Assembly (NCBI GenBank): GCA_050916045.1
Contig: CP051526.1
Coordinates: 352,001 to 416,000, forward strand
Length of the DNA: 64,000 nt
Direction: 5' to 3'
Origin: Tepidisphaera sp.
Lineage (GTDB): Bacteria > Planctomycetota > Phycisphaerae > Phycisphaerales > UBA1924
Below, in pieces: positions 48,471-57,690 of the stretch. Position numbers and translations under genes: made by a program. Each line of letters opens with the position of its first letter. Within the stretch, counting starts at the first letter, position 1. The notes beneath the pieces are model-generated. The model was given only the letters and a program-made list of their open reading frames with translations. It searched no databases and was not told the origin of the DNA.

Positions 48471-50057
48471 CTAACAGCCGGTCTCATGCGCGGCGACGAA
48501 CGCGTCGTAGTCAAAGAAATCCAAGAATCCGTCGCGGTTGAAGTCCGCCGCGATGTCGCCGATTTCGTACGCGATGACGAACGCGTCATAGTCGAAGAAA
48601 TCGAGAAAGCCGTCCGCATTGAAGTCCGGAGCGCAGTTCGGCAGCGAGAAGGTGATCTCGAGCATCGGGCGGTCGGCGGTGGCCGGCGCTTCGCTCGACG
48701 CCGGATACCACGCGTCCGTGCTTGCGGTGACGAGCGCCCAGCCCCAAGCTGCGGCTTGCGGGTCGGCGGCGTTCAGCCACGATTCGATGGTCGTGGTCAC
48801 ATCGAAGATCGCGACCGCGTCGTCGATGTTGGGCGAAAGGGTGAATTCCGCGTTTATCGCAGCTTCCGCATCGTCGAGAGAGATGCCGCCGTTCAAGGAA
48901 CCCCACGTTGCCGAGTCGTCCCAGGGAACGAGCATGCGGTGGAGCAAGACCCGGCCCGTGGACTGATTGGCTTTGCCGAACGGGGTGAGGATCGAGAGCT
49001 TCGCGGAGTGGATGACCGCGTGCGGCGGCACCCGGCCGGGTTCTGCGCCGAAGATGTCGTCAAAGCGGATCAGAGCCTGGCTCGTGGGAGATCCGAGCAC
49101 GGTCAGGCCGGCCGCACCGGCGTGCGAAGCCTGCGGCGAGGCGGCTTCGATGAAGGTGTCGGAGGCGCCCTGATACCCCATCTCGCCCTGACGGAAGGTC
49201 GCCGTGGTGACCGCAGGGTCGTCCGCGAACATGCCCACGATGCGACGCACGCGAGCCGCTTGCCCCGGCGGCGCGGCGTCGCACAGTTCGGCGAGCGTGC
49301 GCGTCAGGTTGTGAAGCGTCCAGGTGGAGTTCACATCTCCGGGTGTGATCATCGGGCCGACCAGAAGCGTAGGGATCCGGTTGCGGTCGTGGTCCGAATC
49401 CTCGTCGAACGTGATCACCAGCAGCGAGTTGTTGGCGAACGCCCACTGGACGTACCCGTCGAGCGTGCTTTGAAGCCACGCGTCGCCCTCGGCGATCGTC
49501 CCGTCGTGCATGTCGTTGAAGATGTGCGGGATGATGATGCTGAGCTTGGGAAGCTGCGAGTAATCCGTCGGGAACGCTTCGAACGGCTGGTTGGAGGTTC
49601 ACGGAAGCTGGTTGGACCCCGCGGGAGGAACGGGCGCGACCGATTGCCAGTTCACCCACGGATTGTGACGGCGCACGTAGTACTCGTACGCCCAGATCAG
49701 CGATCCCATCGCGGGGAGATTCTCCGAGTACCCGATGAACGTGTGGCCCGCGTGGAAGACGGCAGAGCCCAGGTTCGGCGTCGAGAACGGCGAGTTCGTC
49801 GCTTGGTTGTTGTTCACGATCCCCTGGTTGTCGCCGCCGAAGAACTCGAGGTAGTTCGGCTGGCTCGGATGCGTGATGGCGTAGAAGCGGGTGAAGTTCG
49901 CGCCCCGCGCCGCCAAGCTGTTGAAGTACGGCGCTTCCGGATTGCCGAGTACCTGCGAATAGCCTTGATTCTCCTCGATGACGACCACGATCTTGTTCGG
50001 TGGGTCGGCCAGCGCCGCGGAAGCGGCGACCATGACGGCGGCGGAGGAAAGGAGCAT
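48471..50057 (-). pseudogene. Secreted phosphoesterase (acid phosphatase-like) plus DNRLRE-like domain plus dockerin-like GC domain, interrupted by an in-frame TGA at 49599-49601
   Basis: VVVIEEN, HPSQPNY, RHNPW, then ...NQLP*TSNQPFEAFPTDYSQLP...NDMHDG, ITFDE in one frame. Confidence 0.8.
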
Positions 50058-50175
50058 CCGCCGCAGTTTATCGACGAGGCCGTCGGGCCGCAAGGACCTT
50101 CCGCGGCCGGCTGCCTCCGGGAACGGAAAACCCGCGGCCGACGGGCAGCGGGCTTGGCGTGTTGCGAGAAGAGAC

Positions 50176-51414
50176 TCAGCAGCCGGCTTCGAAGATCGAA
50201 ACGAATGCGTCGTAGTCGAAGAAGTCGACGAAGTCATCACCGTTGAAGTCCGCCGTGCGTCCCGGGGGACACTCGCCGCCTTCGAAGCACCCGACGTACG
50301 CGTCGTAGTCGAAGAAATCGACGAAGTCGTCACCGTTGAAGTCCGCGGGGCAAGGCTCACCGCCGATGGTCGCGACCCAGCCCTCATCCTCGTTGTTCGG
50401 GTTGATGCCGATGCCGCAGATCGTGAGGCCGTCGGCGGAAATGCCGGTGGCGAGCGACAAGGACCACCCCACGTGCGTCGTGACGCCGGCGTCGTCGAGG
50501 ATCTGGCGGAGCGTGCGCACCTCAGAGTTGCGCCAGACCACCGCTTCGACCCCATCTTCGCCCGAGGCGAAGCCGACGATCACGGTGCCGGCTTCGTTGC
50601 ACGCGGTGGCGCTCGCAAAGTTGAACCCGCCGGCGAGTTCGGGCAGTTCGTTCGCGACGCCGTTGATCCAAGCCAAGGCGACCGATCGGCCGGGGACGTT
50701 CGCCGAACCGACGATCACCGAGCCGTCCCCGTTCACGCCGCGTGCTTCGCTGAACTCCATGTCGGCGAGCTCTTCAAGCGGCGAGAGCACGTCGTCCCGC
50801 AGGACGAAGGCCCGATAGAGAAGCTCACCGTCGGACCCGCCGACGATCGTCGAGTCGTCGGCCGAGATGCCCAGCGCGACGGACGTGGCGGGCTGCGGGG
50901 AAAGCCAGCCCAGGCCGGAGATCTCCGGACCGATCCAGAGCGCGGCTTCTCTTGCGCCTTCGGCGGCGTCACGGACGCCGACCACGAGGCTGCCGCTCCG
51001 GGAGACGGCGTAAGCGGTGCTCCCCAGTCCGCCCGCAAGTCCGCCGCCGAGCGCACGGAACCGGTTGGGACCCGAGAGGTTGTACTTGAAGGCCTCCTGG
51101 CCGTTTGGTCCGGAAGCCGAACCGACAATCACACCGCGATCGGTCACCGCGTTCGCGGACTCAAGGGAGTACACGCCGGCGGGGTCGCTCAGGGCGGTCA
51201 GGGTGCCGTTTCGGCGCACGAAAGCCCGCTCAAGGTTGCCCGCGATCGTTCCGCGGCCGACCACGATGGTCCCGTCGGGCGAGATGCCCTGGGCGTACGA
51301 AGCCCGGGCTCCGCCGGCGAGGTCGCCGATGCCTGTAAAGCTCGGCTGAGCGAGGGCGGAAGCGGCGAGGGTGAGGGTCAAACCGGCGACGAGGGCATCA
51401 CGCGAACGTTCCAA
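50176..51414 (-). CDS. Secreted HAF-repeat protein with dockerin-like GC domain
   Basis: Signal ALA/Q; repeated S.A.GIS.DG..VVG units; GGAGG SD before TTG; tag at 50176-50352. Confidence 0.85.
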   Translation of the reverse strand: MERSRDALVAGLTLTLAASALAQPSFTGIGDLAGGARASYAQGISPDGTIVVGRGTIAGNLERAFVRRNGTLTALSDPAGVYSLESANAVTDRGVIVGSASGPNGQEAFKYNLSGPNRFRALGGGLAGGLGSTAYAVSRSGSLVVGVRDAAEGAREAALWIGPEISGLGWLSPQPATSVALGISADDSTIVGGSDGELLYRAFVLRDDVLSPLEELADMEFSEARGVNGDGSVIVGSANVPGRSVALAWINGVANELPELAGGFNFASATACNEAGTVIVGFASGEDGVEAVVWRNSEVRTLRQILDDAGVTTHVGWSLSLATGISADGLTICGIGINPNNEDEGWVATIGGEPCPADFNGDDFVDFFDYDAYVGCFEGGECPPGRTADFNGDDFVDFFDYDAFVSIFEAGC

Positions 51415-51604
51415 GCGAAACCTCCAATGCAGGTGAACGAACCAACTCGAGATGTCGTGGAGATCCAGATCCTAACGCGAGATCACGGAAAATCGACAAA
51501 AAGTGGACGGATTCGCCCGTCGTTCGGTGGGCGGGCGCGTGGGAGGCGCCCGCTGGTCCCCCGCGTTCTCGGTACCGACACCCGTGCGAAGATGGGGGGT
51601 TGCG

Positions 51605-51632
51605 TGAAGATGGGGGGGACAACCGTCGATGA
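51605..51632 (+). promoter_or_regulatory. sigma28-like promoter motif TGAA-N16-GTCGATGA
   Basis: Same spacing as three other copies; 34 nt upstream of ATG 51667. Confidence 0.5.
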
Positions 51633-51666
51633 CTCGGCGGGCCAACGCCGGCCCGCGGAGTATGCC

Positions 51667-52251
51667 ATGTCCGAGAATACCGGCAGCGACAAACGCATCT
51701 TCACCACGGGCGAAGCGGCCCGGATCTGCAAGGTGTCTCAGCAGACGATTATCCGATGCTTCGACAACGGGCGGCTGACGGGGTTCAAGGTTCCCGGGTC
51801 CAAGTTCCGACGCATCCCGCGGGATGAGTTGGTGCGGTTCATGCGCGAGAACGGGATGCCGCTGTCCGAGCTTGGCGAGCGGCCGCGGGTGCTTGTGGTG
51901 GATGACGATCCGGCGCTGCTCGGGGCGGCGCGGTCCGGTCTTGAGCGGGACGGCCTTTACGAGGTGGCGAGTGCGTCCAACGGGTTTGATGCGGGGCTTT
52001 TGGCCGCGACGTTCCGGCCGGACGTGCTGGTGCTCGAGTACATGCTGGCGGATGTGGACGGAGCGGCGGTGTGCCGGCGTCTTCGTGCGGAGCATGCTTC
52101 GAGCGACATCAAGATTCTGTGCGTGAGCGCGAACGCGGACGGGAGGATCGTGGAGGAGCTTCGTCGCGCGGGGGCGGACGGGTTCATGCACAAGCCGTTC
52201 TCGCCGGGGGCTCTGGCGGACCGTATCGCGTCGATGTTGCGCGACCGGTAG
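51667..52251 (+). CDS. Response regulator with N-terminal excisionase-like HTH and C-terminal receiver
   Basis: FTTGEAARICKVSQQTIIRCFD...FRRIP; VLVVDDD...LEYML...KPF. Confidence 0.9.
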   Translation: MSENTGSDKRIFTTGEAARICKVSQQTIIRCFDNGRLTGFKVPGSKFRRIPRDELVRFMRENGMPLSELGERPRVLVVDDDPALLGAARSGLERDGLYEVASASNGFDAGLLAATFRPDVLVLEYMLADVDGAAVCRRLRAEHASSDIKILCVSANADGRIVEELRRAGADGFMHKPFSPGALADRIASMLRDR

Positions 52252-52390
52252 CTCCGGTGGGGGCGGGGGGCGGGACGCGTCCGTCCGCGAGGTCCGTCTG
52301 GGGGGTTTGGGCGGGCGGAGCGGGGTGGTGGGTCTGGGGGAAGCGTGCGGGGTCGAGCGGGCTTGCTTTGTGGGCCGTGCGTGCCGGGCG

Positions 52391-52418
52391 TGAAGTGTGA
52401 ACCGACGAGGGTCGATCC
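52391..52418 (+). promoter_or_regulatory. sigma28-like promoter motif TGAA-N16-GTCGATCC
   Basis: Same spacing as the other copies; upstream of GTG 52465. Confidence 0.45.
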
Positions 52419-52464
52419 ACTGGGCAGCCCGGAAGGACTCGGGCAGTAGCGCGAGGACGGACCC

Positions 52465-53628
52465 GTGAAGAGCCGACGCAACCAAAGCCAGTCTCCCTCC
52501 AAGATCAAGCCTCCCGCCGGGCCCGAGGTGGTCACCGCGGTGGTGCTTGTGTCGAGCGTGACGCGCCGCCGCGCGATCCTCAGTTCGCTCAAGGAGCGGG
52601 GGATCGCGTGCTTGGCGGCGGATGGGATCGGGCATGCGTCCGAGCTCATGGCCAACGCCGAGTTCGATGTGGTCGTGATGGATGGTGCTCGCGGGGGTCG
52701 AGGGGGCAGCAAGGGCGGGGCGTTCAGCGCCGTCCGCAAGATCTCAACAGCGCACCCTGGCACGGGCGTCGTGGTCGTTCTTGAGCAGCCGGGGTTCGAA
52801 GACGCGATCGCGGTGATGCAAGCCGGCGCGACAGACCTGGTGGATGCCGAAAGCGACGCCGAGGAGATTTCGCGGCGGGTGCTTGCGGCGGCGGGACGCT
52901 GCGGGACGGCGCGGGAGCGGTGGGCGCACCGGGAGCAGCGGGCGGAGCGGTTGCGCCGGCTTTGTCGGGGCCTGAACCACTCCCGGCACGAGCTTTCGCG
53001 GCAGGTTTCGTCGCTTTGCGAGAACCTGGCGGGGGCGTACAAGGAGCTTTCAGAACAGATGACGATGATCACGCTTGCGACGGAGTTCAACAGCATCATC
53101 CGGCAGGAGCTTGATCTTGAGAGCTTGCTTCGGGTGGGTGTGGAGTTCATGTTGGGGAAGACGGGGCCGACGAACGCGGCGGTTTTCCTTCCGGCGGCGA
53201 GCGGGGATTACTCGCTGGGCGCGTACGTGAACTACGACTGCCCGAAGGACTCGGCGGAAGTGCTGATGGACCAGCTTGCGTCGAGCATCGCGCCGCGGCT
53301 TGATCATCACGCCGGGGTGGTGCTGATGAACACGGCGGATGAGCTTCGCGAGCATCTCGGGGACGGAGCGGAGTGGGTGGATGGGATGAGCGTGCTGGCG
53401 TCGGCGTGTCGACATCAGGGCGAATGTCTGGGCGTGATCACGCTTTTCCGTCCGCGGTCGCAGCCGTTCACTGCGGAGGTGGCTTCGTGCTTCGGTGTGC
53501 TGACGGGCTTGTTCGCGCAGCAGCTCTCTCGGGTGATCCATGTGCACCACCGGCATCTGCCCAAGCACAAGTGGGGGTATCCGGGGGATTCGCCGGACGG
53601 CGCGGACGACATTGACCTGGCCGCCTAA
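52465..53628 (+). CDS. Degenerate receiver plus coiled coil plus GAF-like signalling protein
   Basis: FDVVVMD, AIAVMQAGATD; LDLESLL...CLGVITLFR...FT GAF pattern. Confidence 0.7.
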   Translation: MKSRRNQSQSPSKIKPPAGPEVVTAVVLVSSVTRRRAILSSLKERGIACLAADGIGHASELMANAEFDVVVMDGARGGRGGSKGGAFSAVRKISTAHPGTGVVVVLEQPGFEDAIAVMQAGATDLVDAESDAEEISRRVLAAAGRCGTARERWAHREQRAERLRRLCRGLNHSRHELSRQVSSLCENLAGAYKELSEQMTMITLATEFNSIIRQELDLESLLRVGVEFMLGKTGPTNAAVFLPAASGDYSLGAYVNYDCPKDSAEVLMDQLASSIAPRLDHHAGVVLMNTADELREHLGDGAEWVDGMSVLASACRHQGECLGVITLFRPRSQPFTAEVASCFGVLTGLFAQQLSRVIHVHHRHLPKHKWGYPGDSPDGADDIDLAA

Positions 53629-53685
53629 TCGCGAGCGCGTCGGGCAAGCAGGCCAAATCAAGCAAGCTGCATAAAGCAACCCAGA

Positions 53686-54462
53686 TCAGTTGGAGGGTGG
53701 CGTCGCCGGGCGGGGGCTGAGCGTGTAGGCGGTCTGCGGTTCGGGCGAGAATGCCGCGAACCGGACTGAGCCATCGAGCGAGACGAGGTTGCCCGAGCGC
53801 GGATCGCCGTGCCAAGACGCGTCGAGGCCGGCTTCGGCGTTGCCGACGGGCCGCGTCGCGTAGTACCAAACCGCGTCGCCGGCGATGAGCAGGCGGGCGG
53901 GGCTCACCGTGATGTCGTGCTCGGCGAGGGGCCGGGCCATGCTGTCGATGCCTGCCTGGGTCGAGTCCATGAGCAGCGCGTTGGCCCGGTAGCTGTTGCC
54001 GTAGAACTCGTAGCAGGTACGGTCGCCGATGACGCTTGGGCCGGGCGTGCGCGGGTTGGCACCCGCACGCCAGAGGCCGCGGTCGCCGGGGCAGTGGAAG
54101 CTGGCGAGATGTTCGCCGGAGGTTGAGGGGAGGCGTTCGGAGTAGAAGGCGTTGAGCGGTCGCCGGGCCGAAAGCAGCGCGAGCCGATCCGGACCGGTGA
54201 AGTCCACTCCGCCGTAGTGCCACTCCGGGCTGGCTTCCGTCCGCGGGAAGCGGCGGTTGTCCTGGATGTAGGACTGGAAAGCCGTTCCGAGCTGGCGAAG
54301 GTGGCTGGAGCAGACCGTGGTCTGGCTCGCTTGCCGCGCGTGGAGCAAAGCGGGGAGCAAAACGCTGATCAGGACGCCGATGATGGCGACCGCGATCATC
54401 ACCTCGATGAGATTGAACGCTCGACGATTCACGGGGCCCGGATGCCTCCTTGCCTTCATCAT
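53686..54462 (-). CDS. Prepilin-type N-terminal cleavage/methylation protein (DUF1559/H-X9-DG family)
   Basis: RRA/FNLIEV...LLPAL..AR...CSSHLRQLG; FHCPGD; WHG...GNLVSLDGSV. Confidence 0.88.
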   Translation of the reverse strand: MMKARRHPGPVNRRAFNLIEVMIAVAIIGVLISVLLPALLHARQASQTTVCSSHLRQLGTAFQSYIQDNRRFPRTEASPEWHYGGVDFTGPDRLALLSARRPLNAFYSERLPSTSGEHLASFHCPGDRGLWRAGANPRTPGPSVIGDRTCYEFYGNSYRANALLMDSTQAGIDSMARPLAEHDITVSPARLLIAGDAVWYYATRPVGNAEAGLDASWHGDPRSGNLVSLDGSVRFAAFSPEPQTAYTLSPRPATPPSN

Positions 54463-54538
54463 ACACGAAACCCGGGAGAAGTCACAACGAACGGATACCG
54501 AATGCTCGCCGGTGCGGCGGGGGTGTCAGCGTGGGGCG

Positions 54539-55870
54539 TCAGCTGGACACGCGTTGCCGGACGTGGTCGAGGACGTTCATGAAGTTGATGTAGCCGTCGT
54601 AGGGGGAGTCGTAGTGGGAGAAGTACTTGTGGACGTCGCCGTCGGACCAGTACTTGGTGCACATGTAGTAGAAATGGTCGGAGGTGGTGAGTTTGCGCCA
54701 GTCGGCGAGCAGGTATCGGGCCTGCTGGACGGGGTCGGCGTCGGGGAGCTTGGCCGGGGCTTCGTGGCCATGCTTGAGCTTGTAGTCGGCGAGGGCTTTG
54801 GCGAGCTTGTCCTTGATGGGTTTCTCGAGGCGGTAGGTTTCGGCGAGGGCGTTGTCCTGCATGGCGTTGCCGCGCCAAGCGGAGAGGTCGCGTTCCATGT
54901 CGGCCCAGGAGATGAAGTCGTGGACGTCGTACTCGCCGACGGGTTCGAACTGCTTGAGGGCTTCGGAGGGGGTGATGAAGTGGTTCTGGCCTGGGGCGAT
55001 GTCGAAGACGGCTTCGGGGAGCTTTTCGAGGAACTTGAAGATTCCTGTGTCCTCCCACTGGTGCTCGCCGAAGGTTTCGTAGTCCATGAAGAGGTTGCAG
55101 AGGAAGCCGTCGCCGTTGATCTGCTGGACCCACTGCGCGAACTTTTCCGCGGAGAGGGGCCACTCGGCCCAGCCGCGGTTGGAGAACCGGAAGGCGATGT
55201 CGTCGGAGAGGCGGTAGTTCTTCAGCAGCAGCTTGAAGACCTTGTTGTCGCGGCCGGTGAGATCACGGAAATCGCCGGTGTTGAACGCGTCCCACTTCGG
55301 CGGCTTGTAGACGTAGTTGGGGGTACGGAATCCCAGGTGCCTGTCGGTGCCTTCGCAGATGGCGCCGGAGAAGCGGGGGTTTCCGGAGGCGTCCTTGATC
55401 TGGCAGAGTTCGTGGGCGAGCTGGTTGGAGTAGATCAGCTCGGTGTTGCGGAAGACGACGGGGGTCTGGCCGAAGAGTCCCTCGATGCGGCGGGTGTGCA
55501 TCGCGACCTGCTCGCGGAACTCTTCGGGCGAGTAGAGGAACGAGAGGGAGTGGTAGTAGGTTTCGGCGATGAACTCGCAGCAGCCGGTTTTGCCGAGCTC
55601 TTTGAAGACATCGATGACCTCGGGGCAGAATGCTTCGAACTGGTCGAGGGCGACGCCTGTGATGGCGTAGGACACGCGGAAGTTGCCCTTGTGCCGCTTG
55701 ACGAGGTCGAGGATCAGCTTGGTCGCCGGGAGGTAGCACTTGGTGGCGACCTTTCGGGCGATCTCGCCGTTCTTCTTGTCGTCGAAGTAGAAGGGGTCGT
55801 TGTCAAAGACGGAGAACTTCCGCAAGCGGAACGGCTGGTGGACCTGGAAGTAGAAGACGACTGAGGCCAT
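54539..55870 (-). CDS. Glycoside hydrolase family 57 (alpha-amylase-like)
   Basis: FQVHQP, ETYYHSL, FRNTELIY, LSDDIAFRF, MDYETFGEH, SWADMERD, TSDHFYYM. Confidence 0.93.
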   Translation of the reverse strand: MASVVFYFQVHQPFRLRKFSVFDNDPFYFDDKKNGEIARKVATKCYLPATKLILDLVKRHKGNFRVSYAITGVALDQFEAFCPEVIDVFKELGKTGCCEFIAETYYHSLSFLYSPEEFREQVAMHTRRIEGLFGQTPVVFRNTELIYSNQLAHELCQIKDASGNPRFSGAICEGTDRHLGFRTPNYVYKPPKWDAFNTGDFRDLTGRDNKVFKLLLKNYRLSDDIAFRFSNRGWAEWPLSAEKFAQWVQQINGDGFLCNLFMDYETFGEHQWEDTGIFKFLEKLPEAVFDIAPGQNHFITPSEALKQFEPVGEYDVHDFISWADMERDLSAWRGNAMQDNALAETYRLEKPIKDKLAKALADYKLKHGHEAPAKLPDADPVQQARYLLADWRKLTTSDHFYYMCTKYWSDGDVHKYFSHYDSPYDGYINFMNVLDHVRQRVSS

Positions 55871-55945
55871 GGTGACTCCCGGAAGGGGTGCGGGGGAGTG
55901 TAACCGGTGCGGGCCTGCCGCACGGGGGGCCGGATGAAGCGCGTT

Positions 55946-57070
55946 TCACGTTTTGAGCGATGTGGCGGAGGCGATGGCAAGCGGGAGTAGAGCCAGCGCC
56001 GGCAGGAAGACCGAGAGGGCGGCCGGGAGCGCCGGGACGGGGTAGGAAGCCCCGAGGAACCCGCCGAGGAGGACGATCATCGCGAGGGGCGCCGCTTTGA
56101 TCGCGGCGATGAGCATCGGCGCCGGCTCGCGGCGCAGGAAGAGGGGCAGGACGATGACCAGGCCGAGGAGGTTGCAGAGCACGGTGCCGAAGCGGCCGAG
56201 GCGGATGCGTTCGATCTCGTCGGCGTGGACGCCTCCGGCTTCGGGGCCGCGGCGGAGCATCTCGGTCGCTTGGGAGAACGAGAGGGTGTTGCGGTATTCG
56301 GCGAACCGGCGGAGGCGGAGCGTCATCGGGTCAAGGTTGGTTTTGATGGCTTCGATCGGCTGCGGGAGCGTGCCGGTGTCGGCGAAGGGGCGTGCGAACC
56401 CGCGGACAAGGGTCCACGCGTCGCCGGACCACGTTGCACGGTCCGCGGAGATGACGCGGATACCGACGCCTTGGGCGTCGCGTTCGATGATGTAGACGCC
56501 GGTCAGGATGCCCCGGTCGGCGTCGAAGACGCTGGCGTGGAAGATGCGGCCCTGCGAGTCGGGCGTGAGATTGAGGCGGTCGGCGCCCATCGTGCGCTGA
56601 CCGGCTTCCTGGGGCGTCCGGGTGAGGAGCGGGGCGATGCGGGGCAGAACATACTCCTGCGCCGCGAGCTGGCCGAGGGAGAGGGTCGCGGCGCAGAAGA
56701 GGATGGGTCGGGCCGCACGGCGGAGGCTGATGCCGCCCGCGAGCATCGCGACAAGCTCGCGGTGGCGGACCATCTGCGTGAGCGTGAACCCCGCGCCGGC
56801 GATCATCACCAGGCCGAGCAGGTGCACGCCGAGCTGGATGAGCTGGGGCCACCAGAAGTCGAGCACGAGGCCGAGTGCGAAGATCATCGTGCGACCCCAG
56901 CCGGGCGGGCCCTGATCGGAGGTGAGCGCGGTGGTCGCGGCTTTGGTGTACTCGTCGAACTTCACGGAGACGTCGACGGCGACGATGAAGGTGAAGAGGA
57001 TGAAGAGCAGGAGGAGCGTGTTGCCGAGGAACTGCCGCGCGATGTAGCGGTCCAGGAGGTTCATGGGCAC
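55946..57070 (-). CDS. lptG: LptF/LptG family LPS export permease (LptG-like)
   Basis: LLDRYIAR, RELVAMLAGGISL.R, periplasmic beta-jellyroll (ADRATW), 3+3 TM. Confidence 0.8.
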   Translation of the reverse strand: MPMNLLDRYIARQFLGNTLLLLFILFTFIVAVDVSVKFDEYTKAATTALTSDQGPPGWGRTMIFALGLVLDFWWPQLIQLGVHLLGLVMIAGAGFTLTQMVRHRELVAMLAGGISLRRAARPILFCAATLSLGQLAAQEYVLPRIAPLLTRTPQEAGQRTMGADRLNLTPDSQGRIFHASVFDADRGILTGVYIIERDAQGVGIRVISADRATWSGDAWTLVRGFARPFADTGTLPQPIEAIKTNLDPMTLRLRRFAEYRNTLSFSQATEMLRRGPEAGGVHADEIERIRLGRFGTVLCNLLGLVIVLPLFLRREPAPMLIAAIKAAPLAMIVLLGGFLGASYPVPALPAALSVFLPALALLPLAIASATSLKT

Positions 57071-57690
57071 CTCCGGTCGACGCTGAGGCGTCGGAAGAGG
57101 TACGCGGAGGCGGAGCCGAGCGCGGCGCCCGCGACGACATCCGAGAGGAAGTGGGCTCCTGAAAGCACGCGGCTTGCGGCGCAGCCTGCGGCGAGCAGCA
57201 CGAGGACAGGGGTCGCGCGGGGGAACGCGGCGGAAAGGGCGAACATGCCGCCGAACGCGACGGCGGCGTGGCTGCTCGGGATGCCGCGATTGCCGACGTC
57301 AAGCGGCGCGAAGAGCCCGTGCCAGATGTACTCGCCCGTGTCGGTCGGGCGGCCGCGGCCGATGACGAACTTGAGCCCTTCGGCGACGGCGCCCGCGAGC
57401 GCGGCGGAGAGGAGAGCCGCCAACCCCGGGAGATTGCGAGGGCGGGGCGAAAGGCTGGTGCGGCCGAAATCGATCGCCAGCGCGAGCGCGACCCAGAGCG
57501 GGAGGTATCCCACGGCGCGGAGAAACTGCCACCAATCGCGCCGCTCGACGTCTTTGCCGACGCTGAACGACTGCCAGGCCCAGTGATCCAGGACGTGGGC
57601 GAGGGCAATCGCGATGATCCAGAGGATCGCCAGGCGCGCCCAGCGGGGGCGGGCGGAACCGGCTTCGAGATCGCGCGTGGCGGAGTTCAT
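57061..57690 (-). CDS. PAP2 family membrane phosphatase
   Basis: KFVIGRGRP, PSSH, SRVLSGAHFLSDV catalytic motifs. Confidence 0.9.
   Translation of the reverse strand: MNSATRDLEAGSARPRWARLAILWIIAIALAHVLDHWAWQSFSVGKDVERRDWWQFLRAVGYLPLWVALALAIDFGRTSLSPRPRNLPGLAALLSAALAGAVAEGLKFVIGRGRPTDTGEYIWHGLFAPLDVGNRGIPSSHAAVAFGGMFALSAAFPRATPVLVLLAAGCAASRVLSGAHFLSDVVAGAALGSASAYLFRRLSVDRRCP

Noticed and set aside
48471..50057. Genome-wide UGA recoding (alternative genetic code)
   Set aside because: TGA terminates many conserved genes here at the expected position (carA, trpA, map, hmgA), so code 11 applies
51667..51870. Excisionase-like HTH as a sign of prophage
   Set aside because: It is fused to a receiver domain and no phage genes are nearby
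52255..52340. G-run-rich intergenic tract as a G-quadruplex element
   Set aside because: G-runs are common at this GC content; no conservation or functional evidence is available from the sequence
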